A DNA stretch of 64,000 nucleotides from Macrostomum lignano (taxonomy: Eukaryota), in the NCBI GenBank assembly GCA_002269645.1, contig NIVC01000525.1:186001-250000 (forward strand), in the 5' to 3' direction. The notes beneath the pieces were generated by a model. It saw nothing but the letters and a program-made list of their open reading frames with translations, made no database searches and was not told the origin of the DNA. Position 1 is the first letter of the stretch, and the number at the start of each line of letters is the position of its first letter. This document shows positions 49,552 to 61,523 of the stretch, in pieces. A program made the translations under genes and the position numbers.

Positions 49552-52500
49552 GATGAGTGTTTTTTTACAAACTAAAAACTTACTTCTACTGGTGCAATTT
49601 GGTTGGGTAAATGTTAATTAGGCACAGGTCTGTCATATGCTTTTAATTAGGAGGAATGGACAATTCATGGGTCAGGGCTGAACTCTACATTCTTATGTTC
49701 AGTGTAAATTCTGTTCGCCCACCCCCGAATTAAGATAAGACTAGAAGAAATGGAAAATGGAGTGAGGTGGGTGTCAGTATGGGCTAGGGTTCTCCTAGCC
49801 AATCAGCGTCAAGCGGAGAGAATTGTAATTAAAAACACATGTACATTTAATTTAACCGATTCAATACTCTGAATTGAATCGTGAAACTCTAGGCAAACAA
49901 ATCTCCAGGCCACAGATACGCTCGCACTATAATTACTAGATGAGCCACTCATCCCATTTGCGTGTAACCTACTTTCAGTTCAGTAGTGCGTTAAACAGAA
50001 GTATGATGGGTTTCGACCTTCGGGCTCCTTGTTAGGGAAGCCTTCGGGCCTCAGGCTCAGAAATAAATCAATTAGAGACCTGGCCCCCCACTCCTGTCAG
50101 ATGGTCAGCCCCATGGTAGCTTGATCGTGTGGCGAGCAGTCTAGGTCCTATAGCTAAGAGAGGGACAGCGAGAGACGAGCAGGGAGAATTTTGAAAGTAG
50201 AAATTAGCTAATCCGCAGATCAACTAACTTGCTGCCACCAGCCCGTGCGCCCTGGCTCTCCACACCGGGACTCTCGAAATCGGGCTTCCGACTAGAAGGG
50301 GCTTTGCACTTACCTGCCAACTAGTGTCTTTTTGCTGTCAATCTCGAAGTCATAGCCGATGATAAGGGACACTGCTGGGACTAGATCGCATTGGCCATGC
50401 AGGTACAGAGGGGACTTGTGCAGGGGATTCTTGCAGTGGCGAGACTATGGGGTAGCTACATGTACTATTATATTGCTAAATACGAAAATATGTACTTTTG
50501 GCCTTCAACGCACCAACTAGCCTCTCATAGCGCTGATGATAGGCTAACTCGAACTTCAGAGACCGCGTGATTCATTTACCCGAGCCGCTTGGCTACCCTA
50601 GAGTGCACAAAGTACATCTCTGGCGCCGATTCTGCACTTCTGGCAGTTTTGCTCACTGATTTGATAGATTGGTCGACTGAGAACTGCCTTGCCATTGGTC
50701 CACTGTGACCGGCGCCTACTAGCTTAGCTACTCATCTGAGCCATCGGCGAACAAAGAAATAAAACCGACAAAAATAACTGTTAGATTTAACCTTCTCCTG
50801 AATCACTTCACACTTCAGATTGAATTGGAGTATCAGACTACTAGCAGTATTATTGAATGATTTCTGCCTCAGCAACAGCACTACTGAACAAAATGAGCAA
50901 AAGTGTGCGCCTAATTCAGCTACTGCAACAGGGGACAGAAAAGGGATCACCCAATCAAGCAAGTCTAGGTTGCCTCTCACCCAACCAATCAGAAACTCAA
51001 CAGCCGGAGACCAGGTAATCCACAGTGACCGAATCGGCTCGATGCTCTGCAGCTGTAGACTCGGGATGATGCTGTCACAATCTTCGCTGTTAGCTAGCAG
51101 GTGATGCTCTTAACTTGATGTTCGCTGCTGATGACCGGGGGACTCGTCCTTGATGATGATGGGGGAAGTCGCAATCCGGGGATCAAGAAACGACGGTCGT
51201 GCTCCGGGAACCAGAAGTTGCGCGCTGGGCCCGAGCCAAAGTTGAGTCCGAGCGGGCCAAAAACTCCGGTTTAAATAGCCGCCAACTGGACCGCAGTTTG
51301 TTATAATGGAACACGTCGATTCTGATTGGCTGAGCCGTTTTGTTAAAATGAGCGCCGAATTTTCTGATTGGCTAAGCTTGTTGCTACCCAGAATCACGTG
51401 ACCGATAGATCCTATCAGTTCCCACAGGGTCGTAAAAAGATGACAGGTGCGGCCATAAATCACTCAAAATCGCAACAAAATGATTTATGACCTTTCGCGT
51501 AGGATTGACAGAAATTAATGAAAAAATATACATTAGAAAGCTCTTATTAAATAGAAAGTGAAGATAATGAAGAGAAATCGCTAATCGCTAATCCCAAAGT
51601 ACTTTTAGGGGTAAAACGCATAGCTGTCAAAGCTGTCACACGCTTGAGTGAACACGAACAATGGGCTCTGACCTCATAAATCTTGATGGCCTGTCAAAAT
51701 GATGAGAAAAAAGCTACCGCCCGCATCCTCTCAGACCATCTGGCGCCCGCTTCAACACTGAGTGAGGCGCAGGTGGCTGTCAGACCAACTTTGAAAGCGA
51801 TGATTTATGACCCAAAAAGCTGCGCCTATGTTATTATGACTACTAGTATGACCAGACATTATATCTAGTATAGATTCTATGAAAATTCGCAGAAAAAGGA
51901 TAAAAATGCCCATTGCCCACTGTTAGTAGGCAAGTAAGTTTAGAGCCCATGTGCTAGCGCGGGATTTGGGAAAAAGTGCGTCCTCATCAAGTACATTAAT
52001 GTATTTTTAAAGACAAGGCTAGTTTATTGGCTCTAAATTCTATCTGCATCTTTCCACACGTAAACTTGAGCGTAAAGAAAGACAGTTTCAGTTATCTGAA
52101 TAACTTGTGCGAATGTATTCATTTATAATATAACAACATAATAGAATAGTATAAACTATATGTATAAATAGAAGAAAGCTTCAATCTTAGCTCGTAGCGT
52201 CGAATGATTCTCTGTCAGGTAGTACTACAAGTAAATCAAAACGAAAAAAACGCTCAATTTCAAAGTTCTCTACTCGTAGAAATCTCAGTGCAGTATAGGA
52301 CGTGCAAAGGCAAGCAAGTCGGAGAGGGTGGCGGGAGCAGAAGCCATGGTTTACTAGGGCGTCGTGCACTTTGAAAAATCCAATATAAAGGCTCTATAAA
52401 GATTCTTCTTAAAGCACAAAATGCCACAAAAATGATGAAATGCCACTCAAGATGCTAGGAGTAACTTTTCATATAGACTATAAATTATAGATTAAAGTCG

Positions 52501-52564
52501 GTCCGAACGAAGCAAAGAAAATTTAGTTAAAATCAGGTTCAGCAGTCACTAATAGCTGACTGAA

Positions 52565-52916
52565 TCAGAGCTTGTTTGGCGCCGCTTGAGCGCCGGCGCC
52601 ACCAGTCGGCGCCATGGGAATTTCCATTGGCGCCACTTGAGGGCCGGCCCCGCCGCAATAGAAGACTCCGCAGCACTGCCGACCAGCCGCCGGCGCCGCC
52701 AAGAAGCTGTCAAAGTCTTCAAACGTAACCAACAGCCGGTCCGGCACAGGTGGCAAAGTTAGCGTGAGCAGCAGGCCGCATAGTAACAGCCCAGCAATCA
52801 GCAGGAATGGCAGAAAAGCCAGCCAACTATTGCCAGTCTCGCCAATGTAAAGCAGGAATGGCGCCAGGAGGCTGCCGAGAGAAACTGCCACTCCGATGAC
52901 GCCGGTGGCCAGATTT
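52565..52916 (-). CDS. SLC22-like last exon (NLATG...LAPF...NKL*)
   Basis: cccag acceptor; TM11-12; ends TGA. Confidence 0.88.
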
Positions 52917-55900
52917 CTGGGAATTAGGACACGGATTACGGGTGTATCCGTGTGAAACTAAATGCATCACCTGTCAATCATGAAAATAGCTAATAAACAC
53001 CTGGATAGTCTCGCCTGTCAATCAGGAGAACAGCCTACTAATTACCTTTTGAGTCAAACCTGTCAATCAGATGAACAGCCTATTAATCACCTAATGATAC
53101 ACACCTGTCAATTATGAGAAAAGCTACTAATCACCTGGAGAGTCACACCTGTCAATCAGGAGAACAGCTACCAATCACCTGGAGAGTCACACCTGTCAAT
53201 CAGGAGAACAGCTACTAAGCACCTAAGGACACACCTGTCAATCATGACCAATAGGGGCACCCGGACACTCACCTGGCAACAGTGGGGAACACCTGGGTGC
53301 CATAGATTTGCACCGAATTGTTGGCATTGAGCAGGAAAATTTTCCCAACCTGAGTGGCCACCGTGACAATCAAGCCTAGCTCGGGTCCGGCAGTCTGCAC
53401 CGCGGCCACAGTTGCCATAGCAACTGCGCCCAGCAGGATGTCGATGCGGATTAGGCGAACAATGCCGAGACGGTCGGCCAGCAGCCAGCCGAGCAGGTAG
53501 GAGACGGCGTTGGACACTCCCAGCAGGGCGAAGTTCAAGTAGAAGCTGCCGGAGAGTTTCTCAGCGTTGAACAGGATCGCCGAGTTCGACAGGCCGCTGA
53601 ACACTCTGCGGCAATGGTGGAGGGGTGGAGGGAAGAGAGGTGACCAGAAGGTGTCTGAAAGTGTCTGCACTTTTGTAAGACAATAACAAGATAGAAAATT
53701 TCCGTAGTTAAAGACACCTGCACTCCTATGTCCATACTTTGAGATGGCGAGTGGAGAAAGGAGGGCAAGAGATAAAGTAGTTAAGATTGGGAGATTGGGG
53801 AGAGAAGGAGAGAGACAGTAAAAAGGGACCGGGGGAGACCAGGGAGTAAAAGGAGATACCGGGGGAATGGAAGGAGACACCAGAGAGTGGGAGGAGACAC
53901 CGGAGAGTGGGAGGAGACACCAGAGAGTGGGAGGAGACACCAGAGAGTGGGAGGAGACACCAGAGAGTGGGAGGAGACACCGGAGAGTGGGAGGAGACAC
54001 CGGAGAGTGGGAGGAGACACCAGAGAGTGGGAGGAGACACCGGAGAGTGGGAGGAGACACCAGAGAGTGGGAGGAGACACCAGAGAGTGGGAGGAGACAC
54101 CGGAGAGTGGGAGGAGACACCAGAGAGTGGGAGGAGACACCAGAGAGTGGGAGGAGACACCAGAGAGTGGGAGGAGACACCAGAGAGTGGGAGGAGACAC
54201 CGGAGAGTGGGAGGAGACACCAGAGAGTGGGAGGAGACACCGGAGAGTGGGAGGAGACACCAGAGAGTGGGAGGAGACACCAGAGAGTGGGAGGAGACAC
54301 CGGAGAGTGGGAGGAGACACCGGAGAGTGGGAGGAGACACCAGAGAGTGGGAGGAGACACCGGAGAGTGGGAGGAGACACCAGAGAGTGGGAGGAGACAC
54401 CAGAGAGTGGGAGGAGACACCGGAGAGTGGGAGGAGACACCAGAGAGTGGGAGGAGACACCGGAGAGTGGGAGGAGACACCAGAGAGTGGGAGGAGACAC
54501 CGGAGAGTGGGAGGAGACACCAGAGAGTGGGAGGAGACACCAGAGAGTGGGAGGAGACACCGGAGAGTGGGAGGAGACACCGGAGAGTGGGAGGAGACAC
54601 CAGAGAGTGGGAGGAGACACCGGAGAGTGGGAGGAGACACCAGAGAGTGGGAGGAGACACCAGAGAGTGGGAGGAGACACCGGAGAGTGGGAGGAGACAC
54701 CGGAGAGTGGGAGGAGATATTGGCGGAGAAAAACTGGGAGGAGCTACGAGCGTACTGGTGGGAAGAGAGGAGAGGAGAGACACCGGTAGGGAGAGAGACA
54801 CCGGTAGGGAGAGAGACACCGGTAGGGAGAGAGACACCGGTAGGGAGAGAGACACCGGTAGGGAGAGACACCGGTAGGGAGAGACACCGGTAGGGAGAGA
54901 CACCGGTAGGGAGAGACACCGGTAGGGAGAGACACCGGTAGGGAGAGACACCGGTAGGGAGAGAGAGTACCGGTAGGGAGAGAGACACCGGTAGGGAGAG
55001 AGACACCGGTAGGGAGAGAGACACCGGTAGGGAGAGAGACACCGGTAGGGAGAGAGAGTACCGGTAAGGAGAGAGACACCGGTGGGGAGAGACACCGGTG
55101 GGGAGAGAGACACCGGTAGGGAGAGAGACACCGGTAGGGAGAGATACCGGTAGGGAGAGTGACACCGGTAGGGAGAGAGAGTACCGGTAGGGAGAGAGAC
55201 ACCGGTAGGGAGAGAGACACCGGTAGGGAGAGAGACACCGGTAGGGAGAGAGACACCGGTAGGGAGAGAGACACCGGTAGGGAGAGAGACACCGGTAGGG
55301 AGAGACACCGGTAGGGAGAGACACCGGTAGGGAGAGACACCGGTAGGGAGAGACACCGGTAGGGAGAGACACCGGTAGGGAGAGAGACACCGGTAGGGAG
55401 AGACACCGGTAGGGAGAGACACCGGTAGGGAGAGAGAGTACCGGTAAGGAGAGAGACATCGGTGGGGAGAGACACCGGTGGGGAGAGACGCCGAAAGAAA
55501 GATGCCGTTGGGGAGACCAGGAGACAGAAAATCAATGATAAGGCAAGCCGGAGCATCTCAGCCCCAGCCAGAGACGCGGCCTCACAGCAGCAGAAAGTTG
55601 GTGGTGATGAACCGAAGCCGCGGCAGTTTCGCCACCAGGCCAAGCGCCGCCGCTTTCGATTTGGACGACGACTTCGACTCGTCGACTTCCAGGCTGTCGA
55701 TGTCGGCCTGGGTGGCGCTGCCGCCGTTGATCTGGTTGGCTCGGGCCGCGTACTGCCGCAGCTGCGACAGCCGGCCAGGCTGACTGGCCAGCCACACCGG
55801 CGACTCTGCGATGAAGCTGCATTCGGGATGGGAGAATCATAACTGGAAAAATTCTGTCGGCTTACTTTGCGCGTTTGATGCGGCGCAATTCTACTGCTAC

Positions 55901-57749
55901 TGATAATGGATATGTGAAACTGTTTTTCAGCTCGCTCAACACGAAATTCATGCAAAAACCTTTGCACGCTACTATACTGACAGTAATAAGTAGGCCTGCA
56001 CGCGGCAGCGAGAGCCTCACAAGAAAATGACAATTAGCAGCAGCTGCGGTGCCACCGACACCAGGATGAGACGCCGCCAGTCGCGCAGCCAGTAGGCCAG
56101 GCCGGCTATCAGCACCTGGGGAGGGAAGTTCAGGGGATTCTCAGCCATTTCTCCACTCGACAGGTGGGTGAGATTACGAGAATTGAGAGATTAGATACAA
56201 ATGTAGCATACATTATCGGAAACGATAGGAGAGCTTAGAGAGGGATATTAGAGGTTAGATAGAGATAAAAGAGATTAGGTAGCGACATGAGAGGTTAGTT
56301 TAGAGACATTAGAGATTAGAGGGAGACATGAGAGATTAGATAGAGGCATTAGAGATTAGATAGAGACATTCGAGGGACACATGAGAGATTACAGGGAGAC
56401 ATGAGAGATTAGAGGGAGACATGAGAGATTAGAGGGAGACATGAGATATTACAGGGAGACATGAGATATTACAGGGAGACATGAGAGATTAGAGGGACAC
56501 AAGGGAGATTAGAGGGAGACATGGGAGATTAGAGGGAGACATGGGAGATTAGAGGGACACATGAGAGATTAGATAGAGACATGGGAGATTAGAGGGACAC
56601 ATGGGAGATTAGAGGGACACATGAGAGATTAGATAGAGACATGGAAGATTAGAGGGACACATGGGAGATTAGAGGGACACATATGAGATTACAGGGAGAC
56701 ATGAGAGATTAGAGGGAGACATGAGAGATTACAGGGAGACATGAGATATTACAGGGAGACATGAGATATTACAGGGAGACATGAGAGATTAGAGGGACAC
56801 ATGGTAGATTAGAGGGAGACATGAGAGATTAGATACAGATAGTAGAGATCGGATAGCTACAAATCGCGCTCCTGATTGTACATATTGAATCGTCGCAATT
56901 CGCAAAGCGGTCACCTGACTGGCTGGCCGCAGCATGTTCCGCAGGTAGGCTAGCGAGTTTCGATGCTGCCTGTCAACGCCTTCGATGGCTGAAATGAAAA
57001 TCATTAAAATGGACTGTAAAAAAATTTTAAGTGAAAGAACGAGTAGAAGTTATACGAGTATACTGTGGATAAAATTAGTATTTGAGAATTTTAATGATAA
57101 GAGAGATTGGGAATAGTTCGGAGAAAGATAGATCAGATATAGATCAGATATAGATCAGATATAGATCAGATATAGATTAGATATAGTTCAGATATAGATC
57201 AGATATAGATCAGATATAGATTAGATATAGTTCAGATATAGATCAGATATAGATCAGATATAGATTAGATATAGTTCAGATATAGATCAGATATAGATCA
57301 GATATAAAACCAGATATAGATCAGATATAGATCAGATATAGATTAGATATAGATCAGATATAGATCAGATATAGATCAGATATAGATTAGATATCGATCA
57401 GATATAGACCAGATGTAACCAAAAATCCAGGACAAACAAATAGGAACCAATAGAACCGACAACTGATGTTTAACTGGTTCATAAAGTTATCTCTTCTGAC
57501 TATATTTCCCTGCCCAGAATACCTAGCGGGTCACTCACTCAGACACAGCGCGACAACCAACAATCCTTTGACAAGGAAGGTGCGGACAAACAGCACTGCG
57601 GCAAACATGTGCACGCTGACTGAGAACGATGCTGTCACACTGACCAGCAGCATCAGGGTTGAACCGGCTATGAAGGCTGTGCGACGGCCGAACCTGGGCT
57701 TAGCGTTGGTTGATTGGATGATTGATTGATTGATTGATTGACTAGTTGG

Positions 57750-57806
<57 letters not shown>

Positions 57807-59707
57807 GTTTTGATTGATTGGTTGATTGATTGGTTGATTGACTGATTGATTGGTGTGTTGATTAATTGATTGGTTGATTGACTGATTGATTGATTGACTG
57901 CTTGATTGGTGGGTTGATTTGTTAATTTGTTGATTGATTGATTTGGATGTCAGGGTGCCACAACTTTGAAGAATATTTTGTGCTAAGTTTGCGACTTAAT
58001 TTCATCCTGCTTTTGTCAATAACAAGTCAGTAAACACGGGATGCATATGACAATTAAGCAGACCTATCCGACAATTGGCCGAAAGCGATGCCGCCAATGA
58101 ATGGGCCAACAAAGGTCAGACTCTTGACAACGGTGGCCACTATGGACTGCTCGCAGACCAGATCGAACTGCGGGTCGTGGTAGCGAATCTATTAAATATT
58201 GCGGGGGCTTCTGCTGCCTTGGGGAATTTCTCCATCCATCCAGAGCTTGGGGGAATTTCTCGTCTCCAATAGGGAGCATCTCACTATCTAGAGCTTGGGG
58301 GAATTTCTCGTCTCCAATAGGGAGCATCTCACTATCTAGAGCTTGGGGGAATTTCTCGTCTCCAATAGAGAGCATCTTACTATCTAGAGCTTGGGGGAAT
58401 TTCTCGTCTCCAATAGAGAGCATCTCACTATCCAGAGCTTGGGGGAATTTCTCGTCTCCAATAGAGAGCATCTCACTATCTAGAGCTTGGGGGAATTTCT
58501 CGTCTCCAATAGGAAGCATCTCACTATCTAGAGCTTGGGGGAATTTCTCGTCTCCAATAGAGAGCATCTCACTATCTAGAGATGGGGGGGTTTCTAGTCT
58601 CCAATAGGGAGCATCTCACTATCTAGAGCTTGGGGGAATTTCTCGTCTCCAATAGGGAGCATCTCACTATCTAGAGCTTGGGGGAATTTCTCGTCTCCAA
58701 TAGAGAGCATCTCACTATCTAGAGATGGGGGGTTTCTCGTCTCCAATAGGGAGCATCTCACAATCTGGAGCTTGGGGGAATTTCTCGTCTCCAATAGGCC
58801 GGGAGCATCTCACAATCTGGAGCTTGGGGGAATTTCTCGTCTCCAATAGGCCGGGAGCATCTCACAATCTGGAGCTTGGGGGAATTTCTTCTCTTGTATT
58901 AGAGAACTTCTTAGGTTTGTAGAATTAATCACCTCAAAGGAAGAGTATAGAGAATTAATCACCTCAAAGGAAGAGTACAGAGAATTAATCACGTCAAAGG
59001 AAGAGTATAGAGAATTAATCACCTCAAAGGAAGAGTACAGAGAATTAATCACCTCAAAGGAAGAGTACAGAGAATTAATCACCTCAAAGGAAGAGTACAG
59101 AGAATTAATCACCTCAAAGGAAGAGTACAGAGAATTAATCACCTCAAAGGAAGAGTACAGAGAATTAATCACCTCAAAGGAAGAGTACAGAGAATTAATC
59201 ACCTCAAAGGAAGAGTACAGAGAATTAATCGCCTCAAAAATAGTTAATACGGATACTTTCGAGTTTTAAAAGTTCCACTCAAAGCAAACATTAACCCGGC
59301 CTATATAGCCACCTCGGTCACCACCGTGGCGCCGAACTCATTGCCAAAGCGACGTCCATCGAGGCAGTCTTCGACGCCGAGCGCCCGGCAGGCGTAGGTC
59401 AGTCCGGCACCACCGTCCGCCGGCTGCAGGCAGGCCTCCGACAAGTTCAACACCAGCCTGCTGCACGCACTGCCGGCTCCAGAGCAGCGGACTCCAGCTC
59501 AGCTTGAGTAGTGTAATTCGGTGACTGACGCAGGTAGTTCACAGTGTCATTGTCCAGCAGGCAGCGGTGGCCGGGCGTGCTGACCAGGAAGAACAAGTCC
59601 AACTGGTTCATGCCGATGAACATAATCGGCACTACGACCAGGCCGAACTGAATTCTTTGAAATCGGCCGAAACCGCCGATTTTCGCTAGCAGCTCGTCGA
59701 ACTTCAT
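52565..59707 (-). CDS. SLC22-like (organic cation/anion transporter, MFS), 8 exons, ~579 aa if the exon-1 frameshift is corrected. complement join(59707-59313,58167-58064,57693-57539,56988-56915,56115-56021,55816-55586,53605-53273,52916-52565)
   Basis: MKFDELLAKIGGFGRFQ, HRC, TVVTEFDLVC, QLSDRFGRR, AYWLRDWR, ESPVWL and FPTVAR are SLC22 signatures; exons 2-8 splice in phase. Confidence 0.88.
52965..53245. repeat. Degenerate ~41-bp repeat (cacctgtcaatcaggagaacagcta...)
   Basis: SLC22 last intron. Confidence 0.8.
53273..53605 (-). CDS. SLC22-like exon 7 (VFSGLSN...ADRLG...QVFPTVA)
   Basis: ccgcag/gtgagt boundaries; several hydrophobic helices. Confidence 0.9.
53872..54718. repeat. 20-bp minisatellite (gagagtgggaggagacacc(a/g))
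   Basis: About 42 units. Confidence 0.97.
54775..55490. repeat. 18-20-bp minisatellite (gacaccggtagggaga(ga))
   Basis: Follows the 20-bp array and shares its gagacacc core. Confidence 0.95.
55586..55816 (-). CDS. SLC22-like exon 6 (FIAESPVWL...TNFLL)
   Basis: atgcag/gtgagg boundaries. Confidence 0.88.
56021..56115 (-). CDS. SLC22-like exon 5 (VLIAGLAYWLRDWRRL...)
   Basis: cccag/gtgagg boundaries. Confidence 0.9.
56230..56832. repeat. 20-bp minisatellite (agattagagggagacatgag)
   Basis: Visible tandem units. Confidence 0.92.
56915..56988 (-). CDS. SLC22-like exon 4 (TIEGVDRQHR...PASQ)
   Basis: tttcag/gtgacc boundaries; E....R loop motif; phases fit the neighbouring exons. Confidence 0.8.
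57130..57415. repeat. 10-bp minisatellite (atagatcaga)
   Basis: Visible tandem units. Confidence 0.93.
57539..57693 (-). CDS. SLC22-like exon 3 (FGRRTAF...VVALCL)
   Basis: cccag/gtgagt boundaries. Confidence 0.88.
57712..57945. repeat. (ATTG)n microsatellite
   Basis: Starts about 16 nt from the exon 3 acceptor. Confidence 0.93.
58064..58167 (-). CDS. SLC22-like exon 2 (FDLVCEQ...GQLSD)
   Basis: ccgcag/gtctgc boundaries. Confidence 0.9.
58232..58890. repeat. 48-bp minisatellite (agagcttgggggaatttctcgtctccaatagggagcatctcactatct)
   Basis: Period 48. Confidence 0.94.
58920..59238. repeat. 30-bp minisatellite (agaattaatcacctcaaaggaagagtacag)
   Basis: About 10 units. Confidence 0.96.
59313..59707 (-). 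CDS. SLC22-like exon 1 (TM1 + large extracellular loop), contains a frameshift near 59450-59495
   Basis: The ATG frame stops at TGA 59449-59447; a second frame gives SACSRLVLNLSE...ATVVTE up to the donor. Length 395 nt = 3n+2. Confidence 0.8.
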
Positions 59708-60034
59708 TTGCCTGCACCGTCGGGTTGCTGAGGGCTTTCGCTCCTGCTGCGGTCTGCGAGAACTTTAATTAAAACTAGTGCTTAAAATTTAAGACACTTG
59801 CAGATCTTTTCGTCCCTTGTGAACAAATTTATCGGCGCCTTATCGCTAGAAAAATTTAATAAGTAATTTTTGTGCAAATCTCTAAAGTTCACTGAGAGCA
59901 CAGTTTTGGCCTTCTTGTTTGTGTACAGAGAACACATTTGCGGGGCATTGAGATTCTTGCTCACGCTGCCGTAACCAGATCAATTTCAGAAATTCAGAAA
60001 TCAATTTTGAGCGTCAGACTGTTTATTCTCTTCA

Positions 60035-60745
60035 CCCCAGCCCCTTCCCCCAGCCCCTTCACCCCAGCCCCTTCACCCCAGCCCCTTCCCCCAGCCCCTT
60101 CACCCCAGCCCCTTCACCCCAGCCCCTTCACCCCAGCCCCTTCCCCCAGCCCCTTCCCCCCAGCCCCTTCACCCAGCCCCTTCACCCCAGCCCCTTAACC
60201 CGAGCCCCTTCACCCAGCCCCTTCACCCCAGCCCTTCACCCAGCCCCTTCCCCCCAGCCCCTTCACCCCAGCCCCTTCACCCCAGCCCCTTAACCCGAGC
60301 CCCTTCACCCCAGCCCCTTCACCCCAGCCCCTTCACCCGAGCCCCTTCACCCCAGCCCCTTCACCCCAGCCTCTTCACCCCAGCCCCTTCACCCCAGCTC
60401 CTTCACTCCAGCTCCTTCACCCCAGCCCCATCATCCCAGCCCCTTCACCCCCAAGCCCTTCAACCCAGCCCCAAGTCACTTAAGCCCCCTCACCCCAGCC
60501 CTTCACCCCAGCCCCCTCACCCCAGCCCCTTCACCCCAGCCTCTTCACCCGAGCCCCTTCACCCCAGCCCCTTCACCCAGCCCCCTCACCCCAGCCCCTT
60601 CACCCCCAAGCCCTTCAACCCAGCCCCAAGTCACTTAAGCCCCCTCACCCCAGCCCCTTCACCCCAGCCCCCTCACCCCAGCCCTTCACCCCAGCCTCTT
60701 CACCCGAGCCCCTTCACCCAGCCCCTTCACCCCAGCCCCACTCAC
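60035..60745. repeat. 14-bp C-rich minisatellite (ccccagccccttca)
   Basis: Between the PCYT2 stop and the SLC22 start; GGGG runs on the - strand. Confidence 0.93.
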
Positions 60746-61523
60746 CGCAACCTTATAATTTTCTATATTTAAAAACTAAGAGTAATACAAAATGTTCTAC
60801 TTGAAGCAAATTTCTTTGGAGAAGTCACTAGTACGAGTCTCGTCGATAATTATATTTATATCGAATTTAATACAGACAATAAAAATTCAAATAAATACGG
60901 TTAAGAAAACTTTAATTCAGTAAAAAACTTAATCTTTTGACTAAATAGTACGAAAAAGAGCATATTTTTGGTTCTGCGTTAAATAAATGGGCAGGGAGAG
61001 TTAAAAAAGAAAAGCCAGAGAGAATTCACATAGCTAATCGGAGTCGATATTTGTTGTTATGCTTAAATATGAAATATTACTGCCAGATATCATTCAGAAA
61101 GCGTATTTACTCAATGAAACATCTTCGTGCTATTGTTCTGTGCGCATAAAACGTAGATAAAGTAAAATACCAGGATTAAGTGATTAAAAGTACAAAGGAA
61201 CGCTGGGGCACCGCACACCACGAGTTGAAATAAGCGATGAAAACTTTGCTGAAAAATAAAGCAAAAATACACTAATTGATCGAAACTGACTACTTAAGCA
61301 GCGAGTCAGTTGATTAGTAGTACGAATCGCTTGTTCTAGAAATGAAAAACTGTTTAACCTAAAACTGTTAGAATTATTAAAATTTTTGGCAAAGATGACT
61401 GACAATTGGAAATAAAATCTAGAAAAAAAGTTAACAGATCACTAACAGTAGGATTATTAATTTTCAACAGTCATTGACAAAGCAGTTTGTTATTTCAATA
61501 GCATTCGAGCTGCAAGAGAAAAT

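Noticed and set aside
50314-51110. Coding ectodomain exons for the orphan TM protein
   Set aside because: The open frame of 50444-50314 ends in phase 2, whereas the TM exon acceptor needs phase 1; that join gives an immediate stop.
59470-59492. 23-nt GT-AG micro-intron that would restore the SLC22 frame (...LD|ACSR...)
   Set aside because: It fits arithmetically, but it is far below normal metazoan intron size (the shortest intron found here is 83 nt) and lacks a donor consensus and pyrimidine tract. A 1-nt indel is more parsimonious.
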